A DNA stretch of 39,692 bases from an uncultured Candidatus Peribacteria bacterium (GCA_964365905.1 CAYIRQ010000001.1:1-39692), one strand, 5' to 3'; counted from the stretch's first letter, positions 22,378-31,582 are shown. Numbers and translations: made by a program. The notes: generated by a model not told the origin, from the letters alone.

Positions 22378-24705
22378 CTAGAACCCCTCCCTCAATGCTT
22401 CCGCATTCGGCAATTTTCCGGGCGGACACGCTCTTTTTTTCCAGAACGTCCGAAGATCCTCAATATATTTCCCCCTCCCCTTGAGCTCCTGAATGAACGG
22501 GAGAATGGAGGGCCCGAAGCGACTCAAGGATGCGCTGCGCTTGATGGTCGAGAGCACTGTCACGAGAACGTCTTCCCCTCCGCAGACTTCCGCATGCACT
22601 TCATCGAGGACGGCATCGGCAATACTTTCGGCATCGAGTCCCGCGAGAGCGCGCAAATCTTTATCGGAACCGGAGGGGAAATAGTGATTCACACCGAGGC
22701 GGCGAAGCGAACACGGCAACTGAAAATCGGCGATGACATCGGCTACCTGTGTCGCAAGACCTCCTTCGCTACAGTGATCTTCGACGACGATGAGATGCGC
22801 GGTTTCGAGTGCCGCTCGAATGATTGCAGTGGCATCCAGGGGGCGAATGCAGGGTACATTGAGCACGCGAACCTGCTCATGATGCTCCTGCTGCAACGCA
22901 TCCGCGGCTGCGAGCGCTTCATGGACTTCGATGCCGGTTGTGATGATGGTTGCTTGATCCGTGAGATCCCCTCTGCCACGCAGCAGGTCAGCTTTTCCTT
23001 CAAAGACGTAATTCTCCGAAAAGAATGGCTTTCCATTATCTATTAAAACCTGTGGATGTCCGCTCCGTGGGAAGAAGATGTACACACTCGTCGTGCCTTC
23101 TGCAATAAACTCCAAAGCCTTCTCGGCCATCGCGGCCGCTTGATTACTGTCACATGGCATCCAGACCTGCGTGTGATCGAAGGGAATATTGAGATAATGT
23201 CGTTCTTGGTGTGTTTCGCCGTCTTCCCCGACGGAAATACCGGCATGCGTGCAATCGTGGAGTACCGCGCATCGCGTGTGACCGCAGTTGATATCAATGA
23301 GGCGCGCATTTGCGCGCGCTTCATTCGTTCCGAACGCCGCAAAGGTGTATGTGACGGGGAGCAGTCCCGACTGACGCAGACCGGCAGCCATCATGTACAT
23401 GTTCGCTTCTGCAACGCCCACGTTGATCACGCGCGCAGGTGCAAGCGAGGTCGAACCTCCCTCAGAGAGAGCCATCGCCACTTTCTCAAATCCTCCCGAT
23501 CCTGCGAGATCTGCATGGAGGACGATGATGCGAGGATCTACCTTCATCAGATTTTTGATGTGGACTGCCCCAAAATCTGTTCGTGCCGATCCTTTACCTG
23601 CAGTGATCGTTCGCGCAACCTTCGGCGGCGGTGGCAATGGTTTTGCAATCTGAGATCTGAAATCTGAATTCCTCTTCCGATGTTTCTCATATTTCTTCAC
23701 AAGCTCCTCAAGTGACGGAAGTTCATTCAGCGCTGCTGCAGCAACCTCCTCCTTGAGCGGCGTCCCATGGAAATTCTCTTTCCCTGTATTGCTCCCCTGC
23801 TCCATGAGCGGAACACCGTGCCCCATCGTGGTGTAATAGCAGAGGAATGTCGGAATTCCTCTTTCCGTTTCCCCATGTTCTTTCCGGAGCGTATCTGCAA
23901 GGTCGAGCGCTGCGAGCACCTGACCCGGATCGTTCCCATTCTGCACTTCGATCACGTTCCAACCCGTAGCTGCAGCGATGCGTGCAAAGTCGGCGATGAC
24001 CGTCTTTGAGGGGAGATCGGAGAGCTGTACGTCATTCCAATCGCCATGCACGAGGAGATTACTCAGGGCGAGTCGCGGAGCAAGTCGGAATGCTTCCATC
24101 ACCTGACCTTCCTGAGAATCGCCGTCCGCGAGCAGAACATCGACGACTCCGGGCTTTTTCTGATACTGGAGGCCCAGCGCAACGCCGAGACCGTTCGAAA
24201 CTCCCTTTCCAAGCGGCCCCGCTCCGAATGGAATGGATCCGATGCCAGCCTCCGCATGCCCGGGTAAACCGTTCGGCGTTCGAAATGTATCGATGATTAC
24301 CTGCGGAGACTGGAGACGAGGATCATCTCCTTCCCTTCCGAACAACCACTCAAGTCCATACGCGAGAAGTGAAAGATGACCTGCGCTCATGCGGAGGGGT
24401 TCGTCGATTGCAAGATTTCTCCGCACGTTCAGAAAGTAGGCAAAGGTGAAAGAAGAGAGCGGTCCACCCGGATGCCCGGATTGATGCTTCGTCGGAGCCT
24501 GAATGCAGAGATGCGCCATGATCTGCTGCGCGAGGCTGTACGCTTCTTTCTCTTCCTTCGGCAACTCCTTCGCGCATCCAGGTCCAATCCAGTGCATGGC
24601 TCCTTCCTGCGATGCGCCGATCACCCGCTGCAGAGACATCGGAACATCCTTCGGGTCTTTGCCGATGAGAGCCGATGGAGGCGGACGTGAGGACACAGGC
24701 GGCAA
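22378..24705 (-). CDS. tkt: transketolase (single-chain)
   Basis: 775-aa ORF. Motifs include …SGHPGGPLSS…, …LLADGDSQEGQVMEA…, …HGDWNDVQLS…, …HADLAGSGG… and …GISVGEDGETHQ…, which are transketolase TPP and pyrimidine-binding motifs. The start may be the internal ATG at 24639. Confidence 0.9.
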   Translation of the reverse strand: MPPVSSRPPPSALIGKDPKDVPMSLQRVIGASQEGAMHWIGPGCAKELPKEEKEAYSLAQQIMAHLCIQAPTKHQSGHPGGPLSSFTFAYFLNVRRNLAIDEPLRMSAGHLSLLAYGLEWLFGREGDDPRLQSPQVIIDTFRTPNGLPGHAEAGIGSIPFGAGPLGKGVSNGLGVALGLQYQKKPGVVDVLLADGDSQEGQVMEAFRLAPRLALSNLLVHGDWNDVQLSDLPSKTVIADFARIAAATGWNVIEVQNGNDPGQVLAALDLADTLRKEHGETERGIPTFLCYYTTMGHGVPLMEQGSNTGKENFHGTPLKEEVAAAALNELPSLEELVKKYEKHRKRNSDFRSQIAKPLPPPPKVARTITAGKGSARTDFGAVHIKNLMKVDPRIIVLHADLAGSGGFEKVAMALSEGGSTSLAPARVINVGVAEANMYMMAAGLRQSGLLPVTYTFAAFGTNEARANARLIDINCGHTRCAVLHDCTHAGISVGEDGETHQERHYLNIPFDHTQVWMPCDSNQAAAMAEKALEFIAEGTTSVYIFFPRSGHPQVLIDNGKPFFSENYVFEGKADLLRGRGDLTDQATIITTGIEVHEALAAADALQQEHHEQVRVLNVPCIRPLDATAIIRAALETAHLIVVEDHCSEGGLATQVADVIADFQLPCSLRRLGVNHYFPSGSDKDLRALAGLDAESIADAVLDEVHAEVCGGEDVLVTVLSTIKRSASLSRFGPSILPFIQELKGRGKYIEDLRTFWKKRACPPGKLPNAEALREGF

Positions 24706-24740
24706 GGCTCAGACTTCTCCCGGTGATCCGATGCGGCGCT

Positions 24741-25004
24741 TCATCGGGAAGGCGACGGAGATGGCGCAAGCCGAAGCACATTCTCCATCTCCATTTCGTG
24801 TCGCATTATCAGCGCCTTGACGGCATGCAGACGATACCAATCATCGGGGTCAATCCCCTCCCCTCCCCTCGCAACCTCCAGGCGTCGCTGCTCTGCGCAC
24901 AGTTCATCGTGGGTCATGTGGCCAAGGCTGTCCATGAGCGCGGCCACAGGCCTCGCTGTACTGCCGTCCACCGGATCCGCCGGAGCAACTCCCCATCTTC
25001 CCAT
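24741..25004 (-). CDS. small hypothetical protein (uncertain)
   Basis: This minus-strand frame is the only protein-like reading of the tkt/Gmad2 gap (MGRWGVAPADPVDGS…MTHDELCAEQRRLEVARGGEGIDPDDWYRLHAVKALIMRHEMEMENVL…). The competing + ORF 24817..25167 is R/S-rich junk. No family recognised. Confidence 0.35.
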   Translation of the reverse strand: MGRWGVAPADPVDGSTARPVAALMDSLGHMTHDELCAEQRRLEVARGGEGIDPDDWYRLHAVKALIMRHEMEMENVLRLAPSPSPSR

Positions 25005-25060
25005 AGATGCGGAGCATAGCGGAACAGGGACGTTGCGCAAGGTTGTGGCGCGGCATCGCG

Positions 25061-25576
25061 TCAAAAACGTACGGGAACGGTCACGAGGCTCGCTTCCCCC
25101 CCATCCAGCGCGGATTCCTCGAACACTTCGAGCGTTCCCTGTCGACCGCTGGGCTGCGGATAGGTGATATCGGCAGAAAATGCGCTGAAGTCCACTGTTT
25201 CCGATACTTCCGCAGTCGTAAATCCATCGACAAGGATCGTCTCATCCGCATCGCGAAGACGATAACGGACAGTGCCCTCAAAGACGCGCGCTTCTCCCTT
25301 GAGCGTAAGAGGAAACGAAGCAATATCTCCGGATCGGGGAGAAGTGACGCGAATATTTCCTTCTTCCACCTCCTCAGGAACTGATTCCGTGAATGACTTC
25401 CATCCGGCGCGACACGACCGCACGATGCTCTCCTGAACGGTGAACCCGGCGGAAGCGCACTCCTCGAACGTGGTAACGCCGATGATCCGTCGCGCGTATC
25501 GCGCTCCCGCAAGCACGGGGATAAGCAGGAGGAGGATGCCGAGGAAGAGGAGAATTCTCTGAAGCATGTGGTTCAT
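25061..25576 (-). CDS. membrane-anchored Gmad2-type immunoglobulin-like domain protein
   Basis: The ATG at 25576 gives MNHMLQRILLFLGILLLLIPVLAG (TM). The body reads …GNIRVTSPRSGDIASFPLTLKGEARVFEGTVRYRLRDADETILVDGFTTA…GTLEVFEESALDG…, the pattern of the GerM-associated Gmad2 domain. The longest ORF (to 25924) would overlap the divergent gene. Confidence 0.7.
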   Translation of the reverse strand: MNHMLQRILLFLGILLLLIPVLAGARYARRIIGVTTFEECASAGFTVQESIVRSCRAGWKSFTESVPEEVEEGNIRVTSPRSGDIASFPLTLKGEARVFEGTVRYRLRDADETILVDGFTTAEVSETVDFSAFSADITYPQPSGRQGTLEVFEESALDGGEASLVTVPVRF

Positions 25577-25619
25577 TGTATGTCCGTGTGCATCCGGGGT
25601 ATAGTGGTTTTGCTTCTTT

Positions 25620-27212
25620 ATGCACCGCTCCGCCATCTTCTCCCTCGTCGCTGCAATACTTTTCGTGCCTCTTGCGGTCGGTGCGGCCGGTCTCTCTGTC
25701 ATGATTGATGGACGGACAGTGGTGTTCTCGGACGTGCCGGAAGACGCATGGTTCTCGACATACGTGCAACAGGCTGCAGAAGCGGGAATTGTCAGTGGAT
25801 ACAGGGATATGCAGGGGAACCTCACGGGGAAATTCGGGCCGGGTGATCCCGTGACGATCGCACAGGCACTCAAAATTGCCGTGGAGGGAGCTGGGTATTC
25901 AGTTACACCAATTTCTGCATTCAATTGCTCAGGACCATGTCATTGGGCGACTGGATATGTCCAGCTTGCGCATGACAGGCACTTTCCATTTTTTGCCACA
26001 GATGGGGAATACCTTGTTGAAATTGATCGTCCTGCAATACGCGCGGAGCTGGCACAGATTTTTGTTGATGCTTTCAAGCCCACTCAAAAGGTTGACACGA
26101 TTATCCCCGAGACGTACTCGGATGTTGATCTCAGCGACTCAGAACACTATGCAGGCGCCATTAATTCTTTGACACAGGATGGCATTTTATCCGGCGACGG
26201 GCAGTGCAATATTCAGGAAAGTGGCTGGTGTCCCAGAACCACTTTTCGTCCCAAGGATGTTATCAACCGCGCGGAGACCGTGAAGATCGTGATACGAGCA
26301 CGTGAAGTCTATGGAGAATTAGAAGGAAGTATGGAACAGGAAAAGAATTCCTCGAGTGTTGTTACATACACCGACGATGGATTCACACCCTCGGAGCTTC
26401 ATGTGAAAAAGGGAGAACGTGTGACTTTCCTGAATACCTCTGCCCACATGATGTGGATTGCTTCTGACCCGCATCCCGATCATACGAACCTCGAGTACTT
26501 TGATGCCGGGAGAGGGTATGATCAGGGAGAAACGTACGAGTTTGATTTCCTGCGCGCTGGCAGGTGGGGATTTCATAATCATATGAATCCGCAGCATCGT
26601 GGATTGATTATTGTCGAGTCCGGTGAATCGGATGGCTCCTCGACTTGGAAAACCTACACGAATTCTAAATACGGATTTGAGTTTAAATATCCGCAAAATC
26701 TTGATCTTCCCTGTTTAGGCGATGGTTTCAGCGACTGCGACCCGGAACAAGAATGGAGCTACATTGAAATATGGGGTTCTCTTGAAAATGATCCAAGAAT
26801 CATGACTATTAATATATATGAACCTGGAGATTGCGGTTTGGTGCTAAGCCGACAAGGTCCTGACCCTAAGTACAGCTACGTCTACAAAGAAAATGGTCTT
26901 ACTCTTGGGTTGGAAAACTTTGTTGAACATATTCGAATGTACAATAGTTCGTATCTAAAAGATGCCAGCTCTGCTAATAAGCGCACGATAGGAGAATCGA
27001 TTACATTAACTTCTGTAGCAGGATTACCTGCCTATAGTTTTTCCTACACAAATGACCATCTGGATGGCTGTGGTGATTTTTCACTATTTGTAAACAAAAA
27101 AGCCACCGCTCTTTATTTAGAAAAAAACAATGTTTTATACACTTTTCATTTCTTTTCGGATGATATTGTTGCAGACAATATTCTTTCAACATTTAGATTT
27201 ACCAAGCCATGA
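25620..27212 (+). CDS. SLH-domain surface protein with a Cys-less cupredoxin-like domain and an AT-rich C-terminal module
   Basis: It has a signal peptide (MHRSAIFSLVAAILFVPLAVGAAG). SLH repeats follow (VFSDVPEDAWFSTYVQQAAEAGIVSGYRD…; YSDVDLSDSEHYAGAINSLTQDGILSG…FRPKDVINRAETVKIVI). Then comes a cupredoxin-like segment (GFTPSELHVKKGERVTFLNTS…GRWGFHNHMNPQHRGLIIVE), then WKTYTNSKYGFEFKYP…. Confidence 0.8.
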   Translation: MHRSAIFSLVAAILFVPLAVGAAGLSVMIDGRTVVFSDVPEDAWFSTYVQQAAEAGIVSGYRDMQGNLTGKFGPGDPVTIAQALKIAVEGAGYSVTPISAFNCSGPCHWATGYVQLAHDRHFPFFATDGEYLVEIDRPAIRAELAQIFVDAFKPTQKVDTIIPETYSDVDLSDSEHYAGAINSLTQDGILSGDGQCNIQESGWCPRTTFRPKDVINRAETVKIVIRAREVYGELEGSMEQEKNSSSVVTYTDDGFTPSELHVKKGERVTFLNTSAHMMWIASDPHPDHTNLEYFDAGRGYDQGETYEFDFLRAGRWGFHNHMNPQHRGLIIVESGESDGSSTWKTYTNSKYGFEFKYPQNLDLPCLGDGFSDCDPEQEWSYIEIWGSLENDPRIMTINIYEPGDCGLVLSRQGPDPKYSYVYKENGLTLGLENFVEHIRMYNSSYLKDASSANKRTIGESITLTSVAGLPAYSFSYTNDHLDGCGDFSLFVNKKATALYLEKNNVLYTFHFFSDDIVADNILSTFRFTKP

Positions 27213-27874
27213 AACTTTTCCTCGATACCGCAAATGTCGCGCACGTCGCCGAAGTCGCTTCCTGGGGGGTGCTTGATGGAGTGACGACGAATCCAACGTT
27301 GGTCGCCAAAGAAGGTACCCTTCGACAGAGCTCAGGGCCCGGAATGTTTAAGGAGGTCGTCCTCGCAATGTGCGAACATGTCCCCTGTGTTTCTGCGCAA
27401 GTCACTGCAAATGATTTTGAGGGAATGAAGAAGCAGGGGGAGGAATATAGTGCATGGCATAAGCATGTGGTTGTGAAAGTTCCGATGACGACCGAAGGGC
27501 TCAAGGCGCTCAAGTACTTTCGCTCAAAGGAAATCAAAACCAATACGACGCTTGTTTTCTCCACGACTCAGGCGCTGCTGGCAGCGAAGGCCGGCGCGAA
27601 CATCATCAGTCCCTTTATCGGACGTCTCGATGATGCGGGGGAAGATGGGATGGGCTTGATCGAAGAGATCATGGAGGTTTGGCAGAACTACGATTTCGAT
27701 TGCGAAGTGCTCGTGGCATCCACGCGGCACCCACGGCACATTGTGGACGCCGCGCGTCTCGGTGCGCATATCTGCACGATTCCCTATGAAGTCTTCGTGA
27801 AACTCCCAAAGCATCCACTCACGGACAGCGGACTGAAGAAGTTTCTCGAGGATTGGGAAAAGGCGAAAAAATAG
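27209..27874 (+). CDS. tal: transaldolase / fructose-6-phosphate aldolase (short, type 3B)
   Basis: 221 aa. It reads MKLFLDTANVAHVAEVASWGVLDGVTTNPTLVAKEG… and has the Schiff-base Lys context HVVVKVPMT. Also present is …SPFIGRLDD…. An ATGA overlap joins it to the upstream stop. Confidence 0.92.
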   Translation: MKLFLDTANVAHVAEVASWGVLDGVTTNPTLVAKEGTLRQSSGPGMFKEVVLAMCEHVPCVSAQVTANDFEGMKKQGEEYSAWHKHVVVKVPMTTEGLKALKYFRSKEIKTNTTLVFSTTQALLAAKAGANIISPFIGRLDDAGEDGMGLIEEIMEVWQNYDFDCEVLVASTRHPRHIVDAARLGAHICTIPYEVFVKLPKHPLTDSGLKKFLEDWEKAKK

Positions 27875-27899
27875 GGTTGGGGTTGGGGCTGGGGTTGGG
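27874..27899 (+). repeat. G-quadruplex-type G-tract repeat (GGG TT GGGG TT GGGG CT GGGG TT GGG)
   Basis: Read directly. Five G3-4 tracts separated by 2-nt loops fill most of the 38-nt tal-gnd spacer. The repeat begins at the G of the tal TAG stop and ends 13 nt before the gnd GTG start. Confidence 0.5.
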
Positions 27900-27912
27900 A
27901 TAGTATGGCCGT

Positions 27913-28818
27913 GTGAAGCAGATCGGTGTCATTGGCTTGGGAAGAATGGGGGCAAATATCGCTCGACATCTCCTCGAGCAGAAGATTGACCTTGTTGTCT
28001 GGAATCGAAGTCCGGAGCCGAGGGTGGAACTCGCAAAGGAAGGTGCGCTCGCTTTTGAAACCTTGGAGAAGTTCATGGAGGCGCTGAAACCGCCACGTAT
28101 CGTTCTCCTCTTTCTCCCAGCAGGAAAGGTTATCGATGATATGTTGGAGCAGCTCCGAAAACCTCATACCGATACCCTAAAACCTCATGACGTTGTCATC
28201 GATGGGGGAAACTCCTTCTTCCGTGATTCCATCAGACGTTGCGAAGAATTGAAGAAAGCAGAAATTCATTATCTCGATATGGGGACGAGCGGCGGTCTCA
28301 GTGGCGCGCGACACGGAGCGTGCCTCACGATCGGCGGCGATGAAAAGGTGTTTAGTGAAGTGGAATGGGTCTTTCAGGCAATTGCTCAACCCCAAGGGTA
28401 TGCGTACGTCGGTCCGCAAGGAGCGGGCCACTATGTGAAGATGGTTCATAACGGCATGGAGTACTCTCTACTCCAGGCATACGGCGAAGGGTTTCAGGTG
28501 CTTGCCGAAGGCCCATACAAAGATCTCAATTTCGCAAAGATTGCGGATGTTTGGTCCCATGGAAGCATCATCCGCTCGTATCTTCTGGAGCTTGCAGCAA
28601 AAGGATTTCACGCGGATCCACGGCTTTCGAAAATCGAAGGAAGGGTGGGAGGAGGTGAAAGCGGAACGTGGACCGTGCAGGAGGCAAAAAAAACAGGCAC
28701 GCCCGTGCCGATGATCGAGCTCGCTCTTAAAGCCCGGGAAGATTCACAGAAGGAGCCGACCTTTGCGACAAAGGTTGTCGCAGTCCTGCGGAAACTCTTT
28801 GGAGGTCATGAGCTTTGA
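27913..28818 (+). CDS. gnd: 6-phosphogluconate dehydrogenase (decarboxylating), short form
   Basis: 301 aa with a GTG start. It has a Rossmann motif IGVIGLGRMGANIARHL. Other motifs are …IDGGNSFFRDSIRR…YLDMGTSGGLSGARHGACLTIGGD…, …AGHYVKMVHNGMEYSLLQAYGEG… and …VWSHGSIIRSYL…. Confidence 0.9.
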   Translation: MKQIGVIGLGRMGANIARHLLEQKIDLVVWNRSPEPRVELAKEGALAFETLEKFMEALKPPRIVLLFLPAGKVIDDMLEQLRKPHTDTLKPHDVVIDGGNSFFRDSIRRCEELKKAEIHYLDMGTSGGLSGARHGACLTIGGDEKVFSEVEWVFQAIAQPQGYAYVGPQGAGHYVKMVHNGMEYSLLQAYGEGFQVLAEGPYKDLNFAKIADVWSHGSIIRSYLLELAAKGFHADPRLSKIEGRVGGGESGTWTVQEAKKTGTPVPMIELALKAREDSQKEPTFATKVVAVLRKLFGGHEL

Positions 28819-29011
28819 ACGATATGTACCGTTGTACCGGTACAAGAGTACATTCAAAATGAGACTACGGTTCCGAAGATGGATATCAGAGGATATGCGA
28901 AGTACGTGCTGAAGAACGGGAAGGTGGAGGAGAAGAGGGAAATTCTTGGGTGTCTATGGGACATGTTTTGCCATAGCTTACCCCTCATTGTTTGAGTACA
29001 ATTCGCTCACT

Positions 29012-31582
29012 ATGAGCATGGAAACTCCCACATCCAGCTTCCTTGTATTGGCACTCCTGCTGTCTGCCTGTACTCCTGCCATTCCTTCCGGCGGAGGCAC
29101 AAGTCAGAACGTATCTGAACCGGATACGGCTCAGATTGCCTCCGCACCATCAGCGGATGCAGTGGGAGATTTCACGATCACCGGAGTGGTTACAGCCGAT
29201 GCGGCTGGCTTCGGTGAGGACGTGCCGTATAAGGAGCCTACGCTGTCGATCAATCCAAAACTGGCCGCCGATTTCTCGACGGATGAGGTGAAGAACATCG
29301 CTGCCTTGGCAGAGGCATACGGCATCACGCTGAGTGCCAAGGAAAAGCAGCTCCTCTCTCAGCGCAAGTTCCTCATGAAGCGACTCGCGGATACGAACAT
29401 CGTGCCGAAGCTCACCTCCGAGCGGAGCCGTGAGTTCCTGGGTCTCTACAATGCCGTTGCCGGTGGCGATGCGAAGTCGCGAACACAGGCGAATACGCTC
29501 TTCTGGACTTCAGACATCTTCCTGCACTCATACACTCTTCTCCAAGTAGAGCTCCTCAAAGAGATGGAGAACACTGTGTTCGCTCCGGCAATGCGGGCGC
29601 TGAGCAAAAAGTTCTACCAGTCCGCCGCAGAGAAGCTCGCGCAAGTTAAGACCGATGCCGAGCGGATGAAGTGGAGGAAGGCGCGAAATTACTTCGCGGT
29701 TCCCCATGCGTTCTTCTCCACCTCGATTCCGCCGCTCTCGAAGGAGAGCTACGTCGATGCTAATGGCGCGGCACGCGATCCTGCAGCTGTGCGCGATGCG
29801 TTTGAGGAGGAGGACAAAGCTGCCGATACCGAGGAAAAGGCCAAAGCATTCATTGATACGCTCGGCCTCGACGCGGAAAGCAAGGCGGAGGTACTCGCAG
29901 ATCTCCATCGAATTTTCGATCCCCAGGAACCCGATGTGCCTGCGGTCTTCAAACCAGAGTACGACGACTACGCAGCGAAGAAGCAGATTCAGTTTAAAGT
30001 CGATTTTTCGCAGTTCACGCCCCGCAGCCACTACACGAGTAGTTCCTTCCGCAGGCAGTATTTCCGCGCGATGAACTGGTACATCCAACTGCCATTCTTC
30101 GTGGAGAGTGATCCGCTCACGGACTATGCCTTCGCGATCAGCCAGCTCATGGCCGAGCATCCTGAGCAGCTCAAGAGTTATAGCCTCCTGGAATCCACGA
30201 TCAATTTCATGGTGGGCACGAGCGATGACCTGATGCCCGTGGACTACCTGAATGCGCTCGAGGCAACGAAGGGGAAGCCGGACCAAACGGCAGAGATCCG
30301 CTCCTACCTGCTCAAAACGAAGCAGCCCAAGATCAAGAGCATCGCAGCACAGTATCCGACTGTCGGTGAGAAGCAATCCGCTGATGTCCTCGCTGCGACA
30401 ACCGGCATGCGCTTCTTCAGCGGCAAGTTCATCATGGATTCCTACTGGACGGGCTACCTGACGCAAGGAGATGAAGCGCCGCGCCCAGGCTACCCTGCCA
30501 AGCTACCGCCGATGGCCTCGTCCCTCCAAGTGATGGCACTGCTCGGCTCGGAGTATGCCAAGCAGAAGATCCCGACCCTCGATTTCTACACACCGCAGAA
30601 CGGCAAGGCGATTGAGAAGGCCATGAGCGAGCTTGCGCAGGAAGTGCAATCGATGACGGATGCCGACTGGCGGGAGAACGCCTACACGACAGCGCTCTGG
30701 ACGATCAAGGGACTCTTCGACTTCGAGCAGAAGCATCGCAAAGAGCTTCCGCTCTTCATGCAGAGCGAAGCCTGGCCTGCCAAGACCCTCCAAACTGCAG
30801 CGGGGTTCTGGACGGAGGTGCGTCATGCGGTACTCCTCTACGCAAAGCAGTCGTTTGCGGAACTCGGCGGTGGCGGCCCATGCGATCCGCGCGAGGTTCC
30901 CGATCCGGCTAAGGCGTACATCGAGCCGCAAGCACTCGCCTACAGGCGTCTCAAGTATCTTGCGGAGAGGACACACCAAGGCCTCCGGAATCTCGGCTTC
31001 ACACTGCAGAACTTCCAGCCGCTTGAGGCGTACGTCTCTGCCATGGATACGGTCATTGCGTACACCGACAAGGAGCTTGCGAATACTGTTCTTACCGAGA
31101 ATGTTGTTGAGCAGCGCCACGATGAGCCCGATCAGCCAGGCGGCAAATGCATCTGGTACGAGATCACGCAGAGCGACTGGGAGACGCTGCGCAAGGAGCT
31201 GATCAATCAACTCGACGCGGCACTGCCGATTCCTGTTGAGGGGCGTGTGCTCTCCGCGAAGGATAAGCGCGCTGCCATCGTGGCAGATGTGCACACCGGC
31301 GGCGATTCGCTGAACCCCCATCAGATCCTCTACGAAGGAACTGGCGTGCCCTACGTGATTCTCACTGCCGTGAAAGATGCGAATGACCCGCGCCTGGGGA
31401 TTGGCTTCACCTACTCGCAATTCGAGTTCCGTGAGCCGCTGGGCGGCAAGCGCCTGACGGACGAGGAGTGGCAGACGCGGTTCTACGAAGGTGAGGATGA
31501 GAACAACCCCTTCCAGTACACCGCTCCCTCGATATGGCCGCAACTCAACAGCTGGTACGCCCCCCTCTTCCCATCGCAGTAA
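29012..31582 (+). CDS. DUF3160-like lipoprotein
   Basis: The ATG at 29012 gives MSMETPTSSFLVLALLLSAC|TP, which has a lipobox. The body contains …FTPRSHYTSSSFRRQYFRAMNWY…, which I recall as the (F)KPRGHYT…YFRAM.W signature of DUF3160. Size is about 850 aa. The family call is from memory only. Confidence 0.7.
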   Translation: MSMETPTSSFLVLALLLSACTPAIPSGGGTSQNVSEPDTAQIASAPSADAVGDFTITGVVTADAAGFGEDVPYKEPTLSINPKLAADFSTDEVKNIAALAEAYGITLSAKEKQLLSQRKFLMKRLADTNIVPKLTSERSREFLGLYNAVAGGDAKSRTQANTLFWTSDIFLHSYTLLQVELLKEMENTVFAPAMRALSKKFYQSAAEKLAQVKTDAERMKWRKARNYFAVPHAFFSTSIPPLSKESYVDANGAARDPAAVRDAFEEEDKAADTEEKAKAFIDTLGLDAESKAEVLADLHRIFDPQEPDVPAVFKPEYDDYAAKKQIQFKVDFSQFTPRSHYTSSSFRRQYFRAMNWYIQLPFFVESDPLTDYAFAISQLMAEHPEQLKSYSLLESTINFMVGTSDDLMPVDYLNALEATKGKPDQTAEIRSYLLKTKQPKIKSIAAQYPTVGEKQSADVLAATTGMRFFSGKFIMDSYWTGYLTQGDEAPRPGYPAKLPPMASSLQVMALLGSEYAKQKIPTLDFYTPQNGKAIEKAMSELAQEVQSMTDADWRENAYTTALWTIKGLFDFEQKHRKELPLFMQSEAWPAKTLQTAAGFWTEVRHAVLLYAKQSFAELGGGGPCDPREVPDPAKAYIEPQALAYRRLKYLAERTHQGLRNLGFTLQNFQPLEAYVSAMDTVIAYTDKELANTVLTENVVEQRHDEPDQPGGKCIWYEITQSDWETLRKELINQLDAALPIPVEGRVLSAKDKRAAIVADVHTGGDSLNPHQILYEGTGVPYVILTAVKDANDPRLGIGFTYSQFEFREPLGGKRLTDEEWQTRFYEGEDENNPFQYTAPSIWPQLNSWYAPLFPSQ

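Noticed and set aside
24817-25167. 116-aa plus-strand ORF in the tkt/Gmad2 gap.
   Set aside because: Its composition is Ser/Arg/Pro-rich. It overlaps the 3' end of the Gmad2-like gene on the other strand. The minus-strand frame reads more like a protein.
29528-31543. Two long minus-strand ORFs (312 aa and 346 aa) opposite the DUF3160-like gene.
   Set aside because: Both are shadow ORFs with R/L/E-rich, motif-free translations. The sense gene has a lipoprotein signal and a family-like core motif.
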